Of a stretch of DNA of 64,000 nt, positions 23,481 to 35,741 are shown piece after piece. Each line of letters starts with the position of its first letter. Positions within the stretch are counted from its first letter, which is position 1. Origin of the DNA: Octopus sinensis (taxonomy: Eukaryota); the NCBI RefSeq assembly GCF_006345805.1, contig NC_042997.1, forward strand, positions 39,184,001 through 39,248,000. Reading direction: 5' to 3'. The notes under the pieces were generated by a model. The model searched no databases. It was given only the letters and a program-made list of their open reading frames with translations, and had not been told where the DNA came from. Made by a program: the position numbers and the translations under genes.

Positions 23481-25299
23481 TGCAAAATCAGTTGAGCACC
23501 TAAGTGATTTGTGAGCAGAGAAATAAATACTCATGCCTACATTATGTAATGAGCATATTAGTTTCAGTCAAAGCTATAACCATATCACAGACAGGTAAAT
23601 TAATACCATACCATATCATAGAACAATGCTTACCAAAACAAGAGCAGTAATTCAAAATTTAAAAGAAGCAACAGTTATTTTAATGAGTTAATTACATGAG
23701 CCACAATTTATTAGAATTGGAAATAGGTGATGTGATGATGGAGAGGAAAGAACAGTCAGATCTGTAGCAAATATGTTAACAAATCCAGACTTGTTTCAGT
23801 TTTATTAGACCTCTTCAGCAAAGTCATTAATGTTCCTCCATAGACCAATAGAGATAGGCAGCTATTTGTATCTCACATTTTCTGATGTAACAATCCATAC
23901 TAAGTCTGATGGAAATGACTCAGGGATACATAATTGCAATATGAAAATAAATAGGAAGTGCTAATACAACCTAATATGGGGAGCATAATTTGAAGTAATA
24001 TATTCATATTAAGGAGACTATGCCCATATCAAGGAAAGGTAATTATTGTTGAACAATGATTAGCCAAACCAACCAAAGGCAATAGCAACAATTCAATCAA
24101 AGTTTTTAGTTCTTCAAATCAGTTTAAGTTCTATATTTCTAATTAATTTAAATTGAAAATGTGTAATGTGATAGTTCCATTGCTCTACTATCAAATCTAC
24201 ATTGTCTTTCATCAATTCATTTGACTATATTGATACCTTTATTTGACTTTGACCTAAGTAAGAGATTAGTTTCAGAAAAGCATGAAGCTACAATTGGGAA
24301 AAGAAAACAAACTTTAATCTTAGATTAATATTAAATATGATTTATAACCATTTTAATTTTATCGATATGACGTCTGTCTAATTAGCTAAAGCTGCCCGTC
24401 AAGTGTCATACTTAATATTTAGAATTAATCTAAGATTATAAGCATTGAAAATGTTTCTTGGGATGATTGGTTTGTTATGTCATACCCTGAACAACAATAT
24501 AGAATTTTTTACTCGATGCCAATTTTTATGTCTGATGGATAATGACTGGTTTATTGAGCTGACAAATGGAATTGGTTAGTCTCCATTATGTTTCTTGAGT
24601 ACAATAATGATATATATTTAATTAAATGATAGGACTCCAATACTAAGTTGTAAATTTAGATCTCCAAGAGCATACCATAACTCTTTGGATGTAAGGTCTG
24701 CACCAAGAGCATACCATACCTCTTAACTCTAACTTTATACCATTTTTAGCATGTATAAGGAACACTTTTTTGTCAAAAACTAGGTTAAAAAAATATAGGA
24801 GTTTCTTATACATGGATAGTATTGTAATTCCTTACAAAACCTTTTTTAAACCCCAAAAATTAGGGGGTTCCTTATACATGTTAAAATTTGGTACTTTCAA
24901 TCTGCTACTGGACTCTATCATTCTTTGCTTGACTTGTAGCTTTCTTAAGGATTTGCCTTACATTCTTACTTTTTATTGCAATCAGAAGAAGGGCATTAAA
25001 TTATGTTAATAATTCTTCTACAAACTATTTAAGTGAACTTCAAGAGCTAAAATAAATTGGTTAGAACAGGATTTCTCAACCAAATGTCACTGTCATATAC
25101 AAGGTATTTTTTTTTATTTCCAATCGTCCATGAAAACATCCTGCCATGAGGAAATATCTTGCCTAGAAACAGGTGAAGTTTAGTTACAGGAAGGGCATCC
25201 AACTATAGAAAACCTGCCTCAATAAATTCTTCTATCTGACCCATGCAAGTGTGAAAAAGCGGGTGTTTAAATGATGATAATATTTATTTTATATAAATC

Positions 25300-25710
25300 A
25301 AAATCAAAAATCAAAATCGATCAACACAAATGGAAATTGTAGCTGTGATACCAGTGCCGGTGGCACATAAAAGAACCATCCGAACGTGGCCGTTGCCATG
25401 ACCGCCCCGACTGGCTTCCGTGCCAGTGGCACATAAAAAGCACCATCCGATCGTGGCCGTTGCCAGCCTGGCCAGGCCTCCATGCCGGTGGCACGTAAAA
25501 AGCACCATCCGATCGTGGGCGTTTGCCAGCCTCGTCTGGCACGTAAAAAGCACCCACTACACTCACGGAGTGGTTGGTGTTAGGAAGGGCATCCAGCTGT
25601 AGAAACATTGCCAGATCAGACTGGGCCTGGTGCAGCCTTCTGGCTTCCCAGACCCCAGTTGCACCATCCAACCCATGGAAAGCGGACGCTAAACGATGAT
25701 GATGATGAAA
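25300..25710 (+). mobile_element. retroposon family D, long copy
   Basis: Leader ATGGAAATTGTAG..GTGATACC (shared with the 43845 copy), minisatellite units, core, (GAT)n tail. Confidence 0.9.
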
Positions 25711-26289
25711 TAGTGAAATGGGTATGTTTTTTAATCTAAAAGTCTCCACCTCTGTTCAAAAGCTATTAGTTTTTAAAAATAGCAAGTTTATTGCATTAAG
25801 CACTTGAAGAAAAAGAAAAAAACGTTTCTTTTCTTCATTAATGTAAAGTATTAAGGTTATTTATTTAATAACTTCTATAACTACAACTACTACTATTTAC
25901 TACTACCACCACCAACAGATTTCATCAATACACATATTTTTGTTTATTCTGTTTATAATAATAAATAATAAAATAGAAATACATGAAAATTTATTATTAG
26001 ATTTAGTCTTTCAACTCTTCCTAGTTAAAATATGATTCATTTTTGAATGACTTGCTGAAACCAGTTGATTTTTAGTCATTGGACTGTGGCAACGATGGGG
26101 CTCTGGTTTCAAAAGGTTTTTGTTGTATCTACAACAGGATTTCCTCCAGTCTTTTACTTATTTGTATTGATATTTTTATGTTAGTACTTATCAGATTTTT
26201 AACACAACACCAGTTTCTCTTTCCTTTGGTTTTTCTTTTGCTTTTTTTTTTTTAACAGTTGGTGTTGTTACATGCAAATTTTGAGCAGT

Positions 26290-26437
26290 TCAGCTTAGCA
26301 GTTCAGCAAAAAGAGACCGATAGAATAAGTACTGGGCTTACAAAAAGAATAAGACCTGGGGTCGAGTTGCTCGACTAAAGGCGGTGCTCCAGCATGGCCA
26401 CAGTCAAATGACTGAAACAAGTAAAAGAGTAAAAGAG
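26290..26437 (+). mobile_element. SINE family A, 3' fragment
   Basis: Body and tail only. Confidence 0.85.
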
Positions 26438-26785
26438 ATTATCATATGAAATGTCTTTTTGCATAAATTCCAGATTCTTGCATTCTGAGATCAAATCCTG
26501 TTGAGGTCAGCTTTGCCTGTCATCCTCTAGGGATCAATAAATGAAGCATCTCTCTTGGGCAGTAGACTGGTAAAACTATTAGAATATCAGATGGAATATT
26601 TTCTGAGTTCAAATCCTCCTTAGTTCTTGGGTACTCTTTTAGCAAAGTTCACTCTGGTGCAAGTGTCTGGGCCATATTTCTAGTTTGAGGATATCTACCT
26701 AATTGTTTCCTTCCCCATCAGTCTCAGGTGCTTTGTAAAGAGACATGAGCATACACTCCTTTTAACTAAGCAGTAGCAATAAGAA

Positions 26786-27156
26786 AAAAACCCAGCACTC
26801 AGAGGGCACAAACCTCTGCCAAGGCAACACCAACGTCCTCTCAACGATTAGCTAGAGATGATTTTTTAAATGAGAATATCTGAAATAAACTTGATTGCTC
26901 TCACAAACAAAAATACTAAAAATGAACTCGACTGCTCTCAAAAATTAAGTAAAAGAAAACCGGAAAAATAATCCAGAATCCTTGTCCGGTACCAGACCGA
27001 TCCCAAAATCTAATGAGTTTGTGCCAATCAGGAGACCAAACAACCCTGAAAGTTTCATCCAAGTCTATCTACTGGTTCTTGAGATATCTTGTCCACAGAC
27101 AAACAAACAAACATGACTGAAAACCATACCTCCACCTTTGCTAAGGTGGAGGTAAA
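26786..27156 (+). mobile_element. Helentron-associated (HINE/DINE-1-like) non-autonomous element
   Basis: 5' subterminal ACCTCTGCC, internal (ACAA)n, and a 3' perfect hairpin ACCTCCACCTT-TGCT-AAGGTGGAGGT (27128-27153) followed by an A run. Confidence 0.7.
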
Positions 27157-28114
27157 AATGGAGTGTTTGATTTCTTGAATCCAATACAATATCCTCATCA
27201 TTTTACATCCATTTGTCCATGGATAAGACATACGGTTACATTCTATGCCTACTCATGTAGCAGAAACCATGTCAACTTTGGTGTTGCATCTGTGTTAACA
27301 ATGTACACTGGGTACATTTTACCATGTCACTGGTACTAGAGAGGTTATCTCCTATAAAGAAACTAAAGGGTCCCCTCAACTTGTTGTTTGAGTTACTGCC
27401 CTCTTCTGTAATGCAGCTTTTAGAGCCCTCGTCTTGTTGTTATGTTCTGCTTTTGGCATGGTCTCTATGCTGGATGCCCTTCATATTACCAACCACATGC
27501 ACACATACAGAAAGAGAGAGAGAGAGAAAGAAAGAAAGGCTTTGCAGATTTCACATCTAAATTTCACTCTTAACAAAGTATTGGACAATCCAATTTTATA
27601 ACAAAAGACATCCAAGGTGCTAAGCAGTTGTTCAAAACCATGTTAAGAAGCAAACTTCTTAATTGCACTACCACACCCATAACAATGTTTATATTAATAT
27701 CTAACCAGGCAATGCCCCCAGTATGACTACAGTCCAGTATATGAAGCAAGTAAAAGATATTTTGTCTTTTGAATTCAGTTGTTCAACTCTTGTTTCAACT
27801 TACTGATGTGTGTGCCTGAGTTTACAGAATCATTTAACCAACAGTCACACTGAAGAATTTAACTGTTATGAAGGAAGGAAAGTATTACTAATGCTTTATG
27901 CAACCAATATTATTCAAAGACTGTAGATAAAATTCAGGAATAGATCTGCAGTTGATAATAAATGTTGTTGACTAAATAGATTTCTTTTGGTCAATGATAA
28001 TGGAGTATTGAGGCAAAAGGGATTATAAACATTTATCTACTAAGTAATGTTGATAAAAAAGTTTCATGATCTATATCATAAGAATGATAGATGGCCTCTC
28101 CACACACATGTACC

Positions 28115-28153
<39 letters not shown>

Positions 28154-28620
28154 GCTTCTATGTATTCTTTCTTTCTTCTGACAAACACGTGTATAACCTT
28201 TCTTCTCCCCTTGGACATACATTGTAATCTCTCTCTCTCTCCTAAAAGCTATTGTTAGTAATAAGATTAAAAGAATTTGTTTCAATTGATGTGTGAGAGT
28301 GTGTGTGCGTCTTGTATAATATGAAGTCTCTGGAGTATAAATCTTCCACCGAATTCTGTTTGATGCTAAAAATAGGGTAATTCGATAGTGTGATATATAT
28401 CTATAGCGACAGCTGATGACGGGGGTTTTGTCCTTGTGTAACCTGTCCTGTATTTGGTTTTCGTTTTCCGTTTTCTTGTTTTTTGTTTTTTTCTGTTTCT
28501 ACGTCTTATTGTGATGTCCTGTACTTCCGTATAATTATTTATATATGCATGTATATATACATGTAGATGTAGGTACGTACATATATGTTTGTATGTATGC
28601 ATATTTTTATTTATCTCCTC

Positions 28621-28685
<65 letters not shown>

Positions 28686-28754
28686 CTTTTGTATTTACTT
28701 CAACTATTTTCATTGAAAATGCTTGTATTAAACTTCTTTCAAGTTTATGAAGCA

Positions 28755-29154
28755 CTAGCAGTATCGCCCGGCGTTGCTCGGGTTTGTAAGGGAAATAACT
28801 ATATAAGCATTTTTAGAGAGTTATAGCTAAAAAATAGCAAAAAAATGCATTAAAAATGGGGGAAAAAATGATGGTAAATTTTTTTTAAATCATTGACTCA
28901 TCTTAGACATTTTTAGAGAGTTACTTCCCTTATATAATAGTGAAAAATGCATTAAAATGGAAAAAAACGATGGTAAATTTTTTTTTAAATCGTAGACTCA
29001 TCGTAGACGTGCGCTAATACCCAGAAGGGCTCGATACGAATCACGACTATAAGATACCCGGTTTTGGTTAAACTGCACCGCAAAATGTGGGAATAGTTAG
29101 GAATCTAAATCGTAGGAGACAGACAGCACACAACCTCTCTTTTATATATAAAGA
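28755..29154 (-). mobile_element. non-autonomous Helitron
   Basis: On the minus strand it begins TC and ends CTAG, with a CCCG-AGCAACGC-CGGG hairpin just upstream. Inserted between A and T with no TSD. Three copies. Confidence 0.85.
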
Positions 29155-29849
29155 TTTATTTTCTTCTTCTTGAAGACAGTTGTTATGACTGGATACCCTT
29201 CCTATTTGTCCACCCCTTAACATTGTGGATTAGGTACATTTGTTTGTGCCACCAATTCTAGAAGAGCCGAACTGCCAGGACTACAGTGTCTCCTGTCCTG
29301 TATCAGTTTTTATTCAGAGTTATTGCACACCTTGTTGAAATGCTTTTGCTGTGGCTCGTGGACTCTGTGGTGTTATTCCTCTAATGCACTTGAGGTAGGA
29401 CCATTTTCACATACCGTTGGGTTTCATCAGTGATTAACTAGTGTGGCACTGATTGGTTTCAATACAGCTGAGAAGCCATATCACACTCCATGATAGGGAT
29501 GACCTCGTAGCTATTAAACAAGGTTGCTATGGTAGTCTAAGGTGGTCAGATAAGAATGGTTATCACCATTATGTAGGTAAGGAATGAGGCTGAGGTGTCA
29601 GTCGAAGCAGCTGGGAATGAAGCTGTTTCCAATTACATAGTGAGACGTGGGGGTTGGCAGATTAATGGCAGTTCTATAAATAAAGGCAAAGAATTGACAG
29701 AATCTATCCAAGAATGATTAAATGAGTTTCAGTTGATATGATTAAAATCAATTACATTTTCGGTAGATGATGCACCAGCATGGTGATAGTTAAATGAAAT
29801 TAAATGAATTTTTTTTTTGTCTGTAGACTGTTTTAACATATTGCAATGT

Positions 29850-30258
29850 TTTACTCTTTACTCTCTCTTTTACTCTTTTACTTGTTTCAGTCATTTGACT
29901 GCGGCCATGCTGGAGCACCGCCTTTAGTCGAGCAAATCGACCCCGAGACTTATTCTTTGTAAGCCTAGTACTTATTCTATCGGTCTCTTTTGCCGAACCG
30001 CTAAGTGACGGGGACGTAAACACACCAGCATCGGTTGGCAAGCAATGCTAGGGGGACAAACACACACACACACATACATATATATACACATACATATATA
30101 CGACAGGCTTCTTTCAGTTTCCGTCTACTAAATCCACTCACAAGGCATTGGTCGGCCCGGGGCTATAGCAGAAGACACTTGCCCAAGATGCCATGCAGTG
30201 GGACTGAACCCGGAACCATGTGGTTGGTTAGCAAGCTACTTACCACACAGCCACTCCT
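29850..30258 (-). mobile_element. SINE family A
   Basis: Full-length reverse-complement copy. Confidence 0.9.
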
Positions 30259-31007
30259 GTTTTTTTTTTCTTTAAGAATTTCAATGCTTTAACATCTCAG
30301 CATTTAAGTAGGCCATGTCCAGCCCAAATATTCTACCTGTTTTATGTTCAAACTGGCCTCTCACACCTACACTGCTATGTCATTCTAAAAATGAACAACC
30401 ATATCATTGAAATCTCAAAGCCACAAGATAATGCATGTTTAATTCCAAACAATATGGATAAGCATTATGCTTGGCAGTAATCTGAATGCTTAAAGAGTTA
30501 GTTTCTAGGTGGCTGCTCCCTTCCTAGGAATTGTAGCATGTCTCTATTGCAAAAAGAAACTTGTCACAAATATTTATTAAAATTTATTAAAATATTTGTA
30601 AATAATTTTTTTTTAATTATTTCTATTCATTTTTCATTAATCTGGAGAAAACGGATGATATCTATATCCGTTTTAGAATCACCAGATTTTTTTTTTTTAA
30701 TGGAATTGCTGCAAGTTGGATTTAATTATTGGAAAGTTATAATTCTGATTAGTTTCGCAAGAAGGCAAATGTAATGAGGGTAATAGGAAGGAAAATAATA
30801 ATAGCTTAAGCAACAGTTTAAAAGAACATTAGAGGAAAATATTTAATATTTGATTACACTTTTTTTCTTTTTAGTTCTTTATGCCTTATTTCTGACATTA
30901 TTTTCCAGCTTAAGTTTTGCAGTTTTAGAACCAATTTAAAATCATTTTTACAATATCCAGTATAACTTAATTGAACTAAACCATCCTGAAAATATAATTT
31001 ATTACAT

Positions 31008-31426
31008 TGCTGGGTGGTTGGTGTTAAGAAGGGCATCCAGCCGGAAAAAATCCTGCCAAAAAAAGTCACAGAAACCTGGTGCAGACTTGTCAAATCGTCT
31101 CAACCATGCCAATATGAAAGGCAGACGTTAAATGATGATGATGATTATTTTACTCTTTCGCTGAACCGCTAAGTGACGGGGACGTAAACACACCAGCATC
31201 GGTTGTCAAGCAATGCTAGCAGGACAAAGACAGACACACACACACATATATACATACATACATACGACAGGCTTCTTTCAGTTTCCGTCTACCAAATCCA
31301 CTCACAAGGCATTGGTTGGCCCGGGGCTATAGCAGAAGACACTTGCCCAAGATGCCACGCAGTGGGACTGAACCCGGAACCATGTGGTTGGTTAGCAAGC
31401 TACTTACCACACAGCCACTCCTGCGC
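31008..31426. mobile_element. D 3' fragment (+, 31008-31146) abutting a partial A copy (-, 31146-31426)
   Basis: Both match their families. Confidence 0.8.
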
Positions 31427-32094
31427 CTCTTCAATAATTTAGAATTTAGATTTCCTTCTAGCTTATATAGACTGTGGCATGTTTTTTGGGGGTTGTGTTT
31501 TTTCCATATTATAAATTTTCAGCTTTTGGTAACCAACAGTATGTTAACAACTGTACTCAGTACTCTAACTTCTGTGAACCATGAACTAAACTGATTCAAT
31601 AATGGACTTGAATTAATAAGAAGCCAAGCTGTTACATTACACTCACTGACCAGCACTTGTACTATTATGTCCACTGAAGCCTGATGGATATGATTAGCGA
31701 TGTTGCTTTTAGGTGTCATTGTTTAATCACAGTTCCCAGGAGTTTCTCTCATTGAACATTGATCATTCATTCACCTTTTTTAGCTTCTAATTCATGCTAA
31801 TATATCAACTGTGCATCCTTGAAGTGACAAGTAATATATTTCATTGACTAACCACCCTCCCCTCAACAGCAAAGGAAATACAGTGTCTGCTTCAGTGGAT
31901 TAGTAATGAGATTTTATCTGATACAAAGAACTTAATACCTTTCATCTCAGCTTTTTTTTAAATATATACTTTCTTGCCTTGCTGTACAAAACTTGACCTC
32001 TCCTTTTAAAGTATAGATAGCATTAATTGATGGACAGCTTATGTATTTCAAATGCAGAAGCTTAACTGTAATTTAAACCAAGAATTATAAATAA

Positions 32095-32305
32095 CCCTTT
32101 CAACTATAGGCATAAGGTCTGAAATATTAGGGGGGAGGGGAGCTAGTCGATTATTACATAGACCCCAGTGCCCAACTGGTACTTTATATTATTGACCCTG
32201 AAAGAATGAAAGACAAAGTAAACCTCAGCAGAATTGAAACTCAGAACATAGACAAAATGCCACTAAACATTTCATCTAGTATGCTAACAATTCTGCCAGC
32301 TTCCA
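32095..32305 (-). mobile_element. SINE family C
   Basis: Reverse complement of the B/C body with the CCCTCCCCCC..AATATTTCAGACCTTATGCCTATAG tail. Confidence 0.7.
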
Positions 32306-32344
32306 AGAATTATAAATAACAATAAGAAACTTACCATTCATTAA

Positions 32345-32535
32345 CCCTTTTGTTACCATATTTCTGTTTCAATTAATTTTGAAAATAATGAAGTGTTTAG
32401 TAAAATGACTTTCTCGTTATTGAGCTGGGATCTGGAACAAATTAGCATAAAATTTTAATGGAAGATTTTAACTTAGACCACTTTAGAATAGTAAGTTTAT
32501 GTCATAGAACCTGGGGCAGTTCCAGGTGGGTTGGT
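32345..32535 (+). mobile_element. piggyBac-type MITE family M3, empty (no M2 insert)
   Basis: TTAACCCTTTTGTTACCATATTTCTG start; colinear with the 13774 copy. Confidence 0.7.
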
Positions 32536-32903
32536 AGTTACTACTTCTTTGGATGTTTTTTTGATGTTTTTACACTGAACTGAAAAGTACTTTAAGAATA
32601 TTCAACATTTCCTCAGTTTTGTTGTCCCTTCTCGTGAATGGTTTTTTTTTTTATTTCCCTATAAAATTGTTACACCATACCCTTTGCCTGTTTCAATTCT
32701 TTTGCTGTACTTAAATGCTTCTTTCAAATATTGCACTGTAACTTTCAAGGGCAAGATAGATAGGCCAAAAAAAAAAAACTCTAAAAGGGCAAAAATTTAT
32801 TCATTGACCTTATATTGACCACACATAAATTTGTCCTTTATCATTAACTAAATTAAGCATTTCTAGTTGGAAATTACAAAAAATATATATAATTTTGACT
32901 TAG

Positions 32904-34047
32904 TGGAGGTGGTCTGAAATTTGTACCACTGAACAATATCCTACCAATTATCTTTGTGATAATCTTGGAAACATTGCCTCTTTTTACCAATACAGAGAGG
33001 AACTTTGCAAATAGAACACTTCCACTCTGTTCTGATCTGTTTAGCTTTTGAACTGCACAAAGCACACCTCCTTCTAGTTCCTCTTATTGGTTGATGAGCT
33101 GACTCTCTCTTTCTAATCTCCAATGAAACATGAGGCTTTCGCCTTTTAATTTCTATTGAAGGCCCTTTAGTCTTTCTTTTTGGCACAAAATAGATTCTGC
33201 TGCTAAGCCATCAATAACTTCCAATCTGAATGTTTTCAATGTCATATTGCTGTCCTGTACTTTCTTATTAAAGTACGAAAGCATTTACAATTGCTGCATC
33301 AAGAATAAAAAAAAAATATTCTGTGCCACCATTTGTGACTTTTATGGTTTATTTCTATTTCATAGTTTTTCTTTAGCTGGTCAAACTTATCTACACAATT
33401 CATATTCAGGTTGTAATCCTTTATCATAAGTGGACAGTCTATTTGGAACTTGCTTGCATCCTTTTCTTGCCTTGAAACTTGGCATATTTCAGTAGGATTG
33501 TGAAAACTTGAAGTAGGATATACCACTCTCTTATCTTTCCATTTCACAGCCAAGATTCCATCATAAGAAATAAACCAGTCATGTTCACTTCTTTCCAAGT
33601 CTTTGTCATTCTTATAAGATTGAGGAAGTTTCACCCTTTTCTTATTTACAGTGCCATATGCAAATAATTGATCTCTTTTCAAATCCTTAACTAGGTCATA
33701 GCTAGTACAATAGTCATAAAAAACAAAAACTTTAGTTGATTTGTTAGTTTTCTAACTACATTCCCACCTACGTCTCTTGCAACTTTACCAGCATTTTTAC
33801 CTGTATAAATTTCACCATCAATAAAATACCCTAACTTATCTGCCAGTACCCAAATTTCAATGACAACTGACTTTAGGCACAAAATGGATTCAACTGAAAA
33901 AAATATTTCGTTTGTGTCGCAGAAATTGTTGCCAGATGTAAGGGTAGCTTCTGATTGGCTGATAGATGAAGTGGTTTGTTTTCTGAGCTACCGTCCATGC
34001 AGCGAAAAAAATTTTAAGTTTCGGTACGAATTACATACCACTGCTCA
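32904..34047 (-). pseudogene. internally deleted, decayed piggyBac (PGBD-like) transposon
   Basis: Minus-strand fragments EIWVLADKLGYFIDGEIYTGK, ILAVKWKDKRVV..SSFH, CPLMIKDYNLNMNCVDKFDQL, KWWHRIFF, and the C-terminal CALC..WKCSICKVPLC..CFQDYH cysteine-rich domain. Degenerate inverted termini (GGTAC.AATT.CA.ACCAC); TTAA at 34048-34051. Confidence 0.9.
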
Positions 34048-34306
34048 TTAAACTGATACTAATAAGTGGTATCACCTAGCTTGAAAGAGTTGATGCCTCT
34101 TTCGATTATAGCACTGTACTATTATTATGCCCCCTTCAATTCTAACACTATACTGTGATGGTCCTTTCTTCATTTTCCTCCTAACATTACCCATTCTGTA
34201 TTACTCACCTCTATTCTCTCTCTCTCTCTCACACACACTTAACTGCCTTAGTGTCTCCCCCCTCACAATACCTGAGTAACATAGGTTTGCATCAGTGTGA
34301 TGCGGA

Positions 34307-34537
34307 GAGCTGGCAGAACTGTTAGCACGCTGGGCGAAATGCTTTGCGGTATTTCGTCTGCCGCTGAGTTCTGAGTTCAAATTCCGCCGAGGTCGACTTT
34401 GCCTTTCATCCTTTCGGGGTCGATAAATTAAGTACCTGTTAAGCACTTGGGTCGATGTAATCGACTTGATCCGTTTGTCTGTCCTTGTTTGTCCCCTCTA
34501 TGTTTAGCCTCTTGTGGGTAATAAAGAAATAGGTATT
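34307..34537 (+). mobile_element. SINE family B
   Basis: Full-length copy. Confidence 0.9.
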
Positions 34538-34656
34538 TGCTTCATTCTTTGCTGCACCCCAGAATATGCCCTTCCTTCAAACCACCTGTTTATTGACAAC
34601 CCTCATTCTCTTAATTTTATCTTTCTATACTGCTTCTGGATCTTTCCTTCTCCTAT

Positions 34657-34691
34657 GTTTCCGATGAAGAGCTCCGCTCGAAACGTTAAAC
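34657..34691 (+). ncRNA. minimal type-I hammerhead ribozyme motif, copy 1 (core U4>C)
   Basis: GTTT-CCGATGA-A-GAGC-TCC-GCTC-GAAA-CG-T-T-AAAC: stem I GTTT/AAAC, stem II GAGC/GCTC, palindromic stem III ACGT. Confidence 0.7.
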
Positions 34692-34875
34692 CCTCCTTCT
34701 TCCCTTCCTTCCTGAGCGTCCAATAATACTATACTTGTTCCACGTCCTCGCGTTTTTGTGTTTTCTCTTTGTGTTTTCATGTTTGGATTAACTTTATATA
34801 TATATGTGTGTGTGTGTACCGGTGGCGATTTTGTTTCCTCTGTCTTCTCTTCTCTGGATCTTTCCTTTTTCCTAT

Positions 34876-34910
34876 GTTTCTGACGAAGAGCTCCACTCGA
34901 AACGTTAAAC
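34876..34910 (+). ncRNA. minimal type-I hammerhead ribozyme motif, copy 2 (intact CUGACGA/GAAA core)
   Basis: GTTT-CTGACGA-A-GAGC-TCC-ACTC-GAAA-CG-T-T-AAAC; one stem II mismatch. Confidence 0.75.
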
Positions 34911-35741
34911 CCTCCTTCTTCCCTTCCTTCCTGAGCGTCCAATAATACTATATTTGTTGCACGTCCTCGCGTTGTTGTGTTTTCTCTTTGTGTTTTCATG
35001 TTTGGATTAACTTTCTATACTGCTAGCCACCACTTCTCTCACAGGTCACAGGTCATTGACATCTATCTTGCATGCTTACCACCAACCATTCCAACAATTA
35101 TCCACTCGGTTTCTTTTCCCCTACTGCCTGCAATTACTGCTTCTCCCTGATGTTGCTGCTCATTTTCAATACTCCCAACACTGTCCCCTGATCACTCTAT
35201 CTCTCCCATTATACTCTTCCTTCTCTCTTCCCTCCCACCCTGATACTTCTTCTGCAGTCACCCTCAGCCATGTCCACTCTATTAGTGATATTGAGATAAC
35301 ATAGTGGTGAGAGGCCCTTTTTTTTTTGTCTTGCAGGGTACAAAGTAATCTACTAGTGCCCGTGCCATGCTAAATAGAACACACTTTGACAACATTATCT
35401 CTGCTCATTAGCCAATCTTTTTACAAAATGTACAAAGAGTCCCTTTAGTCCTGTCTTGTCAAGGGCATACCCCCTTGTGTTGGTGCCATGATAAACTTTT
35501 CACCAGAACTCTCTCTTCTCTCAGATCACCTCGTTGTTACCCCACCCCCACTCTCCTTCTCTTAAGCACTACTCTGCTCAAGGGAGAGGGTAAGGCAGTT
35601 ACATTGACCCCAGGGCTCAACTATGTTAAAACGAAATGTAGCGGCTAGATATGGGCTCCTGGTCCATCTGAGATGGTAGTAGCCACAAATAGGAACTGAC
35701 TTTGACCATTATAACTCATTCCACTCAGTTCTATATTTAAG

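Larger units (their letters stand above)
34635..35010 (+). mobile_element. Penelope-like pseudo-LTR / retrozyme-like tandem dimer (219-bp period)
   Basis: Two near-identical units, each with a hammerhead fold. Flanked by the 14-bp direct repeat CTTTCTATACTGCT at 34621-34634 and 35011-35024. Confidence 0.8.

Noticed and set aside
24664-24718. 16-bp direct repeat CCAAGAGCATACCATA twice (similar short duplications at 15364-15430 and 17994-18035)
   Set aside because: Only two units; ordinary local slippage duplications with no wider pattern.
25321-25749. 60-150 aa ORFs of the supplied track with recurring HHHHRL.. / LDALPNANHS.. / PRSDGAFYVPP peptides
   Set aside because: They are translations of SINE A and retroposon D copies. 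The peptide similarity only reflects DNA repeats, and frames are not conserved between copies.
26238-26330. Strong plus-strand acceptor followed by an open frame
   Set aside because: The downstream sequence is a SINE A 3' fragment.
28390-28440. CTGATGA motif at about 28413 as another hammerhead
   Set aside because: No GAAA box or stem II can be placed downstream.
31870-32009. Open frame KEIQCLLQWISNEILSDTKNLIPFISAFFKYILSCLA behind a strong CTAAC/polypyrimidine acceptor, with faint VAC14/HEAT-like spacing
   Set aside because: Identity is too low for an orthologue, and the apparent acceptor resembles the SINE C tail (GACTAA..CCCTCCCCTCAA).
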